A stretch of DNA of 64,000 nt from Paraspadella gotoi (GCA_051294375.1 CM119269.1:2704504-2768503); one strand, 5' to 3'. Positions 42,272 through 54,927 are shown, numbered from the stretch's first letter. The notes: generated by a model from the letters alone, not told the origin. Numbers and translations are program-made.

Positions 42272-44100
42272 TCACGTTAACTTCAGTTTTGTATCGGGTT
42301 CGCTGAAGGTTTGTATTTTTGATCTGCCCACTCCGGGAATAAGACCCACCCAGTGTTCTTTAGATCCGCGATGCTCAAAACACGGCAGGAAACTGTCTCC
42401 CCATTTGGAAGCGTACTTGCTTCCGGGAAAGTCGCGCCCTTGAGAGAAAAAGCCTAAGATTGTAATTGAATCACGACTCATCAGATTTCCTCAAAACCTT
42501 CTCTCCATTAACCAGTCTCTTTTTGAAGCTCTTGAGCAATGGCCCTGATATGAATGGGTTCGAATCCGCAGCAACCTCCGATGTATCTGACCCCGAGATC
42601 GTAAGCTTTTCGCGCGTAGTCGTAACAGTCCAGTCTCGTCACCATTCGAGGTTCTGAGGACAATCGAAATTGAGATGGTCCATGAGAAAGTATAATGTCT
42701 GTGTACATTGTACAATGTGCATACCTATGGCGTATGGAAATTCCGGCAAATTGTAAATTCCACCTTTTAAATTACGCGATTCTTGGCAATGATAGCCGCA
42801 TGGTTGCGTCATTAGAAAAGCAGCAAGGCCTGTTTTAAGATAGATTTTATAAAATCCAAATAGTGGTTGTCTTTTCATTTAATTACCTGCTTCCGTTAGC
42901 CCATCCTTCATCATGGAAATCGTTTCTAATGAAGTTTCCGGATCAAATCCACAATTGACTCCAACGATGTCCGCGCCTGTAACAAGGAGCGTTCGTCAAA
43001 TATCAAGCGGCATATTTAGCTGACAATATCGCAGCACGAACCGGCTCGAACTAATCGTACTGCGCACTCTTGCGGCGAGACGTCGCTTTCGTCTCCCGAC
43101 GGTCCGATCAACATCGTCACCGCGACGGGTTTAGTCCCGTTGGAAACTTCTTTCATGACCTCCACGCACAAAACGGCTTCCTTTCAAAACAGAAGTTACG
43201 TATGGGAGGGTCAAATTTTTATCATTTTCTGTATCCTCACCTCCACGCAGTGAAAGAATTCGCCCAGCAGGAAGTCCACGTCGTTCTTGAAGAGCAGCTC
43301 CGCCATTTTTCTGAATTCCTTCTTGACATCTTCCACATTGGCACCGCTCCTGAAGGTCGGCGTCGACGACATTCCCCCGCAGACGTAGGCGTCCACCGGC
43401 GATGCCGCCTTTTGACATTTAATTTAATATTTAATTTCTTTAGTCATATTTTTTCTTTATAACATTATATCTACGTCTCATTATTAACAAATATTTTTGT
43501 TTATATGTTTATGGCGGTTACGGTTACTTTAAAAAACAAAACAAAACAATAGTCCTTCAAAATATCCTACTCGTTTGGCGATTTCTACTGCGCGAATGAC
43601 GAGTTGCTCATGCGAAAGATTTTCTGAAATCGCATGTTTCATCAGTTTGTCTTCTGTGGCGGCAAACGTGCAGGCCTAAAAATTTTGCAATTTTTCGGTA
43701 TTTTAGAAACAAAAACTGAAATGTTTCAACTCGTGGGTTTTACGTTTATTAATTTATTAATTTATTAATTTATTAATTTCAACGAGCCATAAAGAAGTGT
43801 AATGAGAGCTGTGAATTGGTAGCCTCCCTCTGACATCACCTGAATGACTTGAGCTCCGCAGTGAGCGAAGTCCCGCGCCAGTTGCTCCACGACTTCAGGT
43901 TTGGAAATAACAACTTCCGGCACGTAAGGTCCGGCGAGAATATATCCGCGTCTTTCTGTATTTGAATAAGGAATCGATTCGTAGGTTGTCTTTTATTGCG
44001 CTTGTAAAGCACAGCAGCTACCGAGAGTAATCATAGTGGACCCGTCGCCAACAATTACGCCGCCTTCCCGCAGATGATCCAAAATACCCGGCTTGGACAT
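42272..44100 (-). CDS. BHMT: Betaine/S-methylmethionine-homocysteine S-methyltransferase family (BHMT-like), 9 exons, ~350 aa
   Basis: Spliced in frame over GT-AG introns: [26 protein letters not shown]|[22 protein letters not shown]|[11 protein letters not shown]..|..[24 protein letters not shown]|[33 protein letters not shown]|[12 protein letters not shown]..|..[17 protein letters not shown]|[27 protein letters not shown]..|..KLKLT*. The three Zn-binding cysteines (GVNC, GGCC) are present. Confidence 0.95.
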
Positions 44101-44971
44101 TGTTTTTTGTAACTTAACAGTTGGAGTAAAGAAATCTAAAGAGATATTAATTTAGAATTTTTGTTGAGTTACGAGTGGAAAAAATTTTGTGTTATTCCCG
44201 GCAGGTTGAATAGATCGATCGAGAAAGAACCGGTCGATAGTGACAGCTGTTTGCGAAACATTAATCATTTAAATTTAAAAAAAAAACATCGAAAAAGCAT
44301 TGACAATTTAAAAAAAAACATATTATGGACGACACAAGTTTCAGATCAAGAATGATTTATTCTTCAACATGGTTATAAACAATAACAGTCAAAATGCTCA
44401 GATGCTAAGTCTATTACAATGGTATTTACAAAGGTCAACGATTTGACCACATATAAACTGGGGGAAACGAGCGGGGTCAGGTTGTTAAGGTCAAGTGGTT
44501 TGACCGAGGTTGCATGTTCTATTTGTTCGTCCACAATATTTTCATTTTGATTAGGGAAGGTAATTTGCTTATCTTAACAAAAGTTATCCACTTATTATTT
44601 TGAGAATAATATTTGTATTTCGTAGCGTATGTCGCTCGGAGGTTTTGATGTAAAATAATTATATGGGCTCCAAAAACGTCCTATCGGTGAAAAAAACAAA
44701 AAACAAAAAGCAAACAACGAAGTTGAAGCGGGATGGAAGGCAGAGCGAAGCGGTCACCTTTTTTGCCCGTTGCGTTCAATTACAGGCCCAAAAGATGGAA
44801 TCAAATGGAACCGGACCGAAAGAGAGAGAGAAAGGAAGAAAGAGGGAAAGAGAGAAAGAAATCATGATCAAGAATTTTTTAGTGACTGGGTCTGTGTCCG
44901 GTAGTCTTGCCCTATAGCTAGCTATACAAATTTTTTCTTTCTCTCTCCTTTTCTCTCTCGTCTCTCTTCTT

Positions 44972-45050
<79 letters not shown>

Positions 45051-45205
45051 CTCTCTCTGTTCAGCGACCCGAGAGGATCCGTAAAAGTCACGCTGGCCTC
45101 GGAGTCTTCGCTAACTAGTTTGAACTCTTGTCAGAGGCGCCGTGTCTCTCCGCGATGAAAAACGATCTGCTTATGAACTCTGGCGTTTCGTCTAACAATC
45201 CCGCG

Positions 45206-45254
<49 letters not shown>

Positions 45255-45643
45255 CTCTCTCTCTCTTTCATTTTTTTACTCGTCTCTGCCTCTCTCTCTC
45301 TCTCTCTCCCTCCATCCATTTCTTCTTTCACTCTCTCTCTCTCCAATTGTTTTCCCTCAATTTTCCGCCTGATTGTTTACACACTTAACTCGGCCTCATC
45401 GCCCAGGAGTCTCCCACCAACTCACGAGCGCCAACTGGCGACCGACTTTTTGCGACTCAAAACTCACAACTGACGTCTATGCAACCACCAACAAGCGACG
45501 TACAAGCAACTGAGAAACTCAGGTTAACCAACTTGCAAGCACGAATTCGTTACTATGATGATGCACGAACTTACCGACGGCCCATTCACGTCCCTCACAC
45601 GCGACCGCAACTCGCTGACCGACAACTCGGACCGACTCGGAGA

Positions 45644-48600
45644 ATGGAACAGAATGAAAGGAAGAGGATCCTGGCGGTGATCGCCTTCACGGCGTCATTG
45701 ATCGTCATCATCCTCATCACGGGAACAGTTCGGGGTCAGGACATGCTCTTGTCTTGATTTATCGAGTTGAATCTCCTATCTCCGAGTAGCTTAATACAGA
45801 ATAATAATTATGTTTTCCAAAAATAATAATACTTAACTTACAGTTCCAGCCAAGTAAAAGATTAAAATATAAAAAAGTAAATTTAATGGTACTTTCTCAT
45901 GAAATTGGTCCAACCAATATAAAGATCATCCATTCATTTAATACATAAAGTTAAATGATCCCCTGACTTCGAACTAACTCCCTCGTCTTTCTCCTCCACA
46001 AAGCCGTCACCCAAACGGCGCCCGAAATATTCGAAGCGGAAGAAACAGAGTCGCACGGAAATTTTCAAGGAAAACAAAAGTTCATCGTTCACGACAAAAC
46101 TCAGATACTCGTCCACAAATCCACGAAAACGGGTGAGGATTTAGGGTAGGGAAGGTAAAAGATCGTGATGAGGGGAAAAAAAGGGGGTTTGGTGTCCAAT
46201 TTTAATGACCCATGTCGGATTTGATAAGAATGAACCAAGAGTGCCTCGCTCTAAATCCGAATATCCACAAAAGCTTGAATATGACACAACGAGAAGCGCT
46301 ATCTTCTATATACGTCATTGTCATCGATGCTCCCCTTTTTCTCTTATCTTTTTTCTCACATTTCTTCCAATCAGCCATTTTTCCATTCTTGCCGTTTTTT
46401 GACCCAAATAACCTCTCGAAATGACCCCATTCTTTTCCCACCCTGCGGCGGAGGAGGCTGAAGAATCCGGATCTTCTACTTTCATATCGATATCGCCTGG
46501 AGTGACTTTAATTAAATGCCTTTTCGGTCTGTCAGTCAATCTATTATTATAGATTATATCCTAGTGTTTGAGAGGATTTTTTAGTCACGACGATACACAA
46601 GATCCGTCCATCCAATGTGTTTCGCCGCTGTGACTCTCTTCGTCCGTATATTCATGACTTGCACTGCATCGGAATTCCATCTGTTATTCTTCAAAGTTTT
46701 AGGATTTCCTGAAGGCGGCGCAAGCAGTCACTTAGATTTGAGGTCTTTTCTTATATTAACAAATGAGCAACTAACTATAGGCGAGTTATGAGCATTTTAA
46801 CGTAAGTGGGACAGACCGACTGACAAAGCGACCAACAGACCGACCGAAAAGTGACTAATAATATTACGCTTGTCAATCGCCGCGTTTTCTCACAAACCTT
46901 CACATTATTCACTCAGGCCTCACGATAGTCCAAGCCCTAGTGAAGAGGCCGATCACCGAATTGAAGATCGGGGTCGTGACTCCGACTTTTGACGACGACG
47001 GAATTCCTCACGCGTTGGAACATCTCATCTTTTCCGGAAGCCGGAAATTTCCTTATAAGGTGGGGCTTAGACGGAGACTTGTCCGAATAGCAAAAGTTAA
47101 GTTACTAAGCGAAAGTGTTTTTATAACTACGGATTGAAATGTAAATATTTTTGTAAAATGCGATAAGCCAAATAAAAAGTTTTTAAAAAATTAATCATTG
47201 AAAGAAGGTTGGAAGCAAAATGAATACGGTACGGAAATAAAAATTTTTTCAAAGACGTTAAGGCATTTTGGCCATAAAAATGAGAATTTTTATTAAATAC
47301 TAAATATATTCCCAACTTTTTTTATTAAGTAATACCGATATCTCTAAATAGAAGTCATCGGAATGTCAGATGTGGGAGTGGTCAGATTCGCTTCTCTTCC
47401 GAATCCCCTGTTCGTCAATGAAATTCGTCTCAACTCTTCGATGATTTTCGCTTCGTCTTCGCGATCGAGAGAAGCGTTCGTCGGTGGCGCAGTTGCGTGC
47501 GATGTGGATCGCGCAGTTGCGTGCGATGTGGATGGCGCAGTTGCGTGCAAAGTGGGTTGGAGAGTTGTACGCTTTAGGTTTTGCGTTTTTTCGAACGTTT
47601 GAATTCGATATCCGTTTGTTTTCGTCGGTGAGAGTTTTATAAGCCGAGGATCGTCGCTGTGGTCGAATCCCCCGTTAATCCCCGCATGCGACTTCCCCAA
47701 CGCTTCGTCGAGATCGTCAATGACGACGAAGTCCTTAGGACGATGAGGAACGAGGTCCTCGCGACACGCAACGCAATTCTCGCTGCGTTCGACGTCTATT
47801 TCCGGTGTCGTTTCGTGGTTGACCCCCGAACCTCTCGTTCGCGAGGATCCTCGCGAAGCCGTCGACGAGCCACTGCGCCGCAGCCGCAGGGACGGTTTCA
47901 AGCGACTCCACTTTCCGCTGCCGCCGACGTCGGCTCGTTTTCTCACTCGACGCCGCGCATTTTCGCGCTGCAGGGAATTCGGACTCTCGCGCGCCGATTC
48001 ATGGCGAAACGACGCCCCTTCGTGGTCGCTGGATCTCGGACTGCGCCGCTCACTCACTGGCGTCGAAAAGTTCGTCGTCGCCGTGAATTGGACGACGCCT
48101 TCAAGATTGGAAAAGTCGTCGAATTTGGGGGAATACGTTGTTCGCGGATTCGGCGACGACATTTGACGAAGAGTTGGAGGACGAACGACGAGTCCGGGTG
48201 TTGACGCCGTCGATCTTATAACCGTCGGCGTCACGCTCTCCGTTCCAGGCGTCTCTACTAAACCGGCGCCAAGTAACGCCGCCTCGAGCCGTAGAGCGCC
48301 GACCCGCGGACCCCAAGTCTGATGCGGTGCCAACGGTTGCGACATTGGAATCGACGAGGCAAACAAAGGCGCCGACGTCCGTTTCGGTCTGGCTTTGACG
48401 CCGGCGCTAAATTGTCCGGCGTTGTTGACCAAGACGGCGCCGTTCGGAAGGATTACGGCGCCGCGGAGGAAGTAGGTGAGGCGCTTCAACTCTCGAAGTT
48501 CCTCTTGCATCCGCATCGCGTCAAGTTCCGTCTGCACCTGCTCGGATAATTACTAAACGGTTTCCAATTTCGAATCAAACTTCCCAACAATGAATGCAGA

Positions 48601-50392
48601 GAGTCCGATGACATCTGATGTTGCACATGTCCCTGTTTTTATCATCATCATCATCATCATCATCATCATTCAACATTCTTACCTTGAATTGCATCATTTG
48701 TCCCAATGACTCTTCAATCTCCGCGCGCAACGATTTTTCTTTCAAAGTGACGATGTTCGTGATTTTGAAAAGACGAAACAAAACTGGGCATAAATGAATG
48801 ATAGATCGATGAACGATCATTCGCTCATTCAATCAATCAACCAATGACAGATCGATAAACAATCAATGGCTTTCCAACCTCACCAATCAACCAATCATCT
48901 CACCAATCAGTTGGACGCCCAACAGAGCCGACAAATTCGGTCGGGTCATGATGTCGGCCACTTTGTCGTCCTCGTCCTCGATGTTGCAGACGACGACGAC
49001 GACGACGGCGAAGACGAAAACGACGACGGTGACGACGGAGTCGGTGAGAGCGAAGTCTCCAATGTGACATCGACAAGAGACGAAGGCGTTACGGAGCAGC
49101 ACCTCCACCAATTGGATCGTCGCCAAGACCAGGACTGAGGACGCGATAAAAAAAAAAAGGATCGGGAATGGATTATGATCGCTTCATTAGTGATCGTCAC
49201 ATTCACCGAAATTCACCAACAAGAATTAGGATGTGAAAAACTTGTCCTTGTTTGGGGAGCGATTCCATTGTTGCCAAGGACGTCGTTGATTCCGCTGGCG
49301 ACGTCGGCGTCGCCGTCGGAGTTTCCTCATCAGTGTCCTCGGATCGCGTCGTGGTCCCGGTTCCGTCGTCGTCAACTCCTCCTCCTCCTCCTCCTCCTCC
49401 TCCGCCCAACACTCCTCTCCCCAACTCCTCGTGGGGACCCAGGATCCCGAGGCTGATGAAGACCTCGAGGAGAACGGCGAGGGCGTGGGCGATGATGAGG
49501 AAGAGGAGGGCGCATTGGAAAGGGAGCGCCTGGAGAGAGGTTTGGGTCAGACTTGAGTCATTTAGAAAATCGAAGAAGTAGTCTGACTCAAATGTATATT
49601 TATGATATGAAATGGGTACAACCAATATAAAAATTATCCATTCATTTAATAAATAAGCTATCTTGCCAGTTGCTCCTGACTTTGGACAGGCTTTGGTGGT
49701 TAAAGGCCTCCATCACTCATCCTGCTAGCTTTCAATCAAGACTCTCTCACAGTCTCGTTTATTAACTCCCAGAGTTCCTGGCTTCCCTCAATCTAATTCT
49801 TAGAATCCTGTAACTGAATTTTCGTTAGCTACTAGGTACTATAATTCATCCAAATTTTTAAAGATATTTTAATATTAATTGATACTAAATATTTTTTTCT
49901 TTTGCATATAAATAATTATTTAGGGAAGAAAAATAAGTCTCTATATAACCGTACATTTGAATATACATAAGAAGAGTCGTAGTTTCCAAACAAATTTAAN
50001 NNNNNNNNNCAATATAACCGTACATTTGAATATACATAAGAAGAGTCGTAGGTTCCAAACAAATTTAAATAAAGAGTGTACCTCCATTACTTCTCGCACG
50101 TGACGCTTTCGAAGTGGAACTTCAAATTTTCCAATTGAACGTCGCGTATGGAAGAGGCAGCGGCGCTCGTGCGGCGCTGAGACCGACGGCGCCCGGGCCG
50201 GCGACGGTGCGGGAGAGGAGAGCGGGCGGGCCGGGCAGGCTTGAAGTCAGGCGCTGAATTATGGAGGGTGGGCGAGGGATTGACGGGAGAATCGACGGCG
50301 CCCGTCTCTGGTCGATGCGATCCTCAGAGTTCATGGTGACGACGAGACGACGCAACGACGACGACGACGACGACGACGACGCACGACGACGA

Positions 50393-50426
<34 letters not shown>

Positions 50427-50550
50427 AGTGGACAAGAATCGAAACGTACGACTGGATCAGAAAACCCGATCGGACGACGAAAACGGACGGACGACGGAAA
50501 AACGACACTTACGATGACGACGACCGATAAGTTGACGACGACGACGAAAA

Positions 50551-50596
<46 letters not shown>

Positions 50597-52227
50597 GACG
50601 ACAACTATCGCTAATTACATTCAGGGATCGAGAAAAAAGTTTGAGAAAAAAGTGAATCGAAAAATGTGAGTCAGAGAAATCCTTTCGATCGGAGAAATTT
50701 CCTTTGAGCCGATCGTGCGACGCTAAGCAAATGAGAGACAACGGATTAAATTAAACTAACGGATTAAATTAAACTAACACCTCCCATCTTTCAAGTTTTG
50801 ATATCGATGTACTAAAAAATATTTCGAAATTAAATATTAAAATATCCTTTTAGTTCGGAATTAGCAATTGAACTTTGTTTTAAAAAGTCAAATCCAACCA
50901 AATCGGACGCGAATATTCAATTACCCACCTGTTGTTTATTCATCATTGTTTTCAATGTTTATTCATCGCACGTTTTAAAACGAGTTCACTTTTTTTTGCA
51001 CTCGAACTTTGGGGAACCAACAAAAATCTCAAGGGCGTGCCTTTCGCAAATCCAATTTCTCAATTTTGTTTCGTCCTTCGGTTTTTTTTTTGTTTTGTTT
51101 TGTTTTGGAAGAGAAAAAAAACTAACAAAAGATTCAATTCGGTCACGAGATTTCGACCTTCGGAGCGAACGGAGGGCCATTAGTCAATACGGAGATAAGA
51201 AATTATAAAAAAATTCCATTCCNNNNNNNNNNNNNNNNNNNNNNNNNNNNNNNNNNNNNNNNNNNNNNNNNNNNNNNNNNNNNNNNNNNNNNNNNNNNNN
51301 NNNNNNNNNNNNNNNNNNNNNNNNNNNNNNNNNNNNNNNNNNNNNNNNNNNNNNNNNNNNNNNNNNNNNNNNNNNNNNNNNNNNNNNNNNNNNNNNNNNN
51401 NNNNNNNNNNNNNNNNNNNNNNNNNNNNNNNNNNNNNNNNNNNNNNNNNNNNNNNNNNNNNNNNNNNNNNNNNNNNNNNNNNNNNNNNNNNNNNNNNNNN
51501 NNNNNNNNNNNNNNNNNNNNNNNNNNNNNNNNNNNNNNNNNNNNNNNNNNNNNNNNNNNNNNNNNNNNNNNNNNNNNNNNNNNNNNNNNNNNNNNNNNNN
51601 NNNNNNNNNNNNNNNNNNNNNNNNNNNNNNNNNNNNNNNNNNNNNNNNNNNNNNNNNNNNNNNNNNNNNNNNNNNNNNNNNNNNNNNNNNNNNNNNNNNN
51701 NNNNNNNNNNNNNNNNNNNNNNNNNNNNNNNNNNNNNNNNNNNNNNNNNNNNNNNNNNNNNNNNNNNNNNNNNNNNNNNNNNNNNNNNNNNNNNNNNNNN
51801 NNNNNNNNNNNNNNNNNNNNNNNNNNNNNNNNNNNNNNNNNNNNNNNNNNNNNNNNNNNNNNNNNNNNNNNNNNNNNNNNNNNNNNNNNNNNNNNNNNNN
51901 NNNNNNNNNNNNNNNNNNNNNNNNNNNNNNNNNNNNNNNNNNNNNNNNNNNNNNNNNNNNNNNNNNNNNNNNNNNNNNNNNNNNNNNNNNNNNNNNNNNN
52001 NNNNNNNNNNNNNNNNNNNNNNNNNNNNNNNNNNNTTTTTTAGAAAATTACTTATGGATGAAATCAACTGGCATTCCCCTTTGCACTGAATTTTTTTCGA
52101 GTGCTCAAGCAGTAGATTAGTTATTTTCGTGAAAACTACAGCATTTGGCAAAATTTGCATTCCTTTTGTCGTTTTAAATCAGCTTCAGAAACAAAAACCG
52201 CATCTGTTATCAACGACCCTAGATATA

Positions 52228-52313
<86 letters not shown>

Positions 52314-54891
52314 TGAAACGAAGAAAACGAAAAAAAAAGAAAGAAAAAAAAACGAGGAAAGAAACGACCATATCACGAAAAAAAAAAACGGAAAAAATCA
52401 GAATATAACGACGAGGACGGCAACGCCAGACGCCGACGACGAATCCGCCCAACAATTTACGACTATAAAGCGTCGATAACGTGGGACGGAATCGCCACTC
52501 GTCACTCGGGCTGCCATTCAAATGCCACAGGAACGACGTTCGACGCGTCGACCTTTAACCGGCGGCGCCTCGAAACGTTGGAACCAGGCGCCGACGGCAT
52601 TCGGTCGACGGCGTTCGCCGCCCTTCGCCGCCGCCAACGCTCCGGCGTCGCCCGTGCAATCCCGCTGCCCAGGGGGCGTTTTAGAGACGCCGCGTGACGT
52701 TAACAAATCCTCCAAATCCCCGCACATGACGGGATTCATGAACTGTTTGCTCGCTGGCGCTCTCTCTCTCTCTNNNNNNNNNNNNNNNNNNNNNNNNNNN
52801 NNNNNNNNNNNNNNNNNNNNNNNNNNNNNNNNNNNNNNNNNNNNNNNNNNNNNNNNNNNNNNNNNNNNNNNNNNNNNNNNNNNNNNNNNNNNNNNNNNNN
52901 NNNNNNNNNNNNNNNNNNNNNNNNNNNNNNNNNNNNNNNNNNNNNNNNNNNNNNNNNNNNNNNNNNNNNNNNNNNNNNNNNNNNNNNAGCATAAGACGAC
53001 ACCCCCAACGGCTCGTCCCTTCCTCTCTCGTTCATAAGACCCGTAAGCGTCGTCGAGAGACGAGGATGCGTTGTTCCGTGGCGAAGCGGTGGACAATGGC
53101 GGTGACATGGGCAATGGGCAATGAGCATTCGTGACTGTGAAAGGAATAGTTATGAGATGAAAAANNNNNNNNNNNNNNNNNNNNNNNNNNNNNNNNNNNN
53201 NNNNNNNNNNNNNNNNNNNNNNNNNNNNNNNNNNNNNNNNNNNNNNNNNNNNNNNNNNNNNNNNNNNNNNNNNNNNNNNNNNNNNNNNNNNNNNNNNNNN
53301 NNNNNNNNNNNNNNNNNNNNNNNNNNNNNNNNNNNNNNNNACAGGAGTCACTGGCGATAGAAGACCGGAGTGCCGGCGACCTGGGGCCTTGAATCCAAGT
53401 GGGCCAAAACATATTATTTATGCTTTGGACGAGAGAGAGAATGAGAGAGAGACAGAGGAGAGAACGAGAGACGAAGTAGGAGAGAGAATAGACGAGAGAG
53501 AGAGAGAGAGCACGATGAGAGAGACGAGGAGAGACGAGAGGAAACCTAGTGTAGAGAAGCAAGAGACCAGAGAGAGAGAGAGAGAGAACAGCTCAGCGCA
53601 CGTGATACGATCGTATACGAAACCTAGATGAAACCGTTAGAAAGAGCGAGGGCGCATATCATGCATGAACTGTTTGTTTGTTCGTTTATGCATGGAAAAA
53701 CCGAACAGTTATGCGAAAATCGAATTCGAGCAATCAATCAATCAATTCGGAAGAATGCGAAAACATTGACAATCAACGATATTATGCGTGAAATTTCAAA
53801 AACAGTTCAACGAAACATGAACATCGGCAATAGATAAACGTTTGGAATATACAATCAGCGCTCCCTCTCCCTCTCCTTCTCTCTCTCCCTCTCCCTCTCC
53901 CTCTCCCTCTCCCTCTCTCTCTCTGTTCCTCCCTCGAAATTCCGCGCAAGAACTGATAAATGAGAGGGGATGATGGATTCGGCGAAGACAATGAATATTG
54001 AATATGAATGATGAATAGCGATTGATGATTCGACGGTCACGCGGCTTTGGCGATGAGTGAGACAGAGAGACAACTTCAATGATTTACAATATTTTTGAAA
54101 CGTTTTAATTTGGGCGGCCATCTTGCGTTCAAGCGAGAGTATGTGTTTTTTAAGGACCGCTTTTGCGTGATAGATCAAATGGTCAAAAGGCTCGATTCAT
54201 TGTTTTAAAATGTTGACGAAGCGAAAAAAATTAATGAAAAAGGTTAGTTTCTCATAGGCTGTCCCGCCGGAAAATTCTTAATTAATCTTGTTACATATTA
54301 ATATAAAATAGTTATCCAAAAAGTTTAATAGCTCTTTTTTTTTTTTTGGTAAATTTTAATACTCGTAAAATTTTTTTTTTCTCTTCAATAAAAAAATATT
54401 GAAATTAAAGGATTTCTTGTTTATATTTGTAACCACTTTTGATTAAATCTCTACCCAGTATATTAATATCAATTCATATTTTGTCCTTTGAATCAAGGAT
54501 TTTCTGCCGGCTGCGGCGAAAATATTTCTGGGAAATGTGAACGCGGTGACGTGGACGATGATGACCGAGTTCGTCAGTTCTTTGGCGGGAAACAGAGGAA
54601 TCCTTCAACTGTTGCCGCTTTATCTCGATCAAATTCTCCGTCCCGCCTTCACTAATTCGAGCTTCGTTACTGAGGTAAAACTCGACACGAATGGACGTTT
54701 GAGCTGTACTGCGCAATTAAAATTATTAGAAATTTCGAATCTTTATTTATATTTATAACGTGCTATTTCTCTCTTTTCGTTGCGTTTTGTATTTAGAAGA
54801 AAAACGAAAGTTTTAAAAGGCTTCAGCTTTCAACAACGAATGATGACACTAAAATCAAATCAATCGTTTCTGAAGCCAAATAAAGCATTCG

Positions 54892-54927
<36 letters not shown>

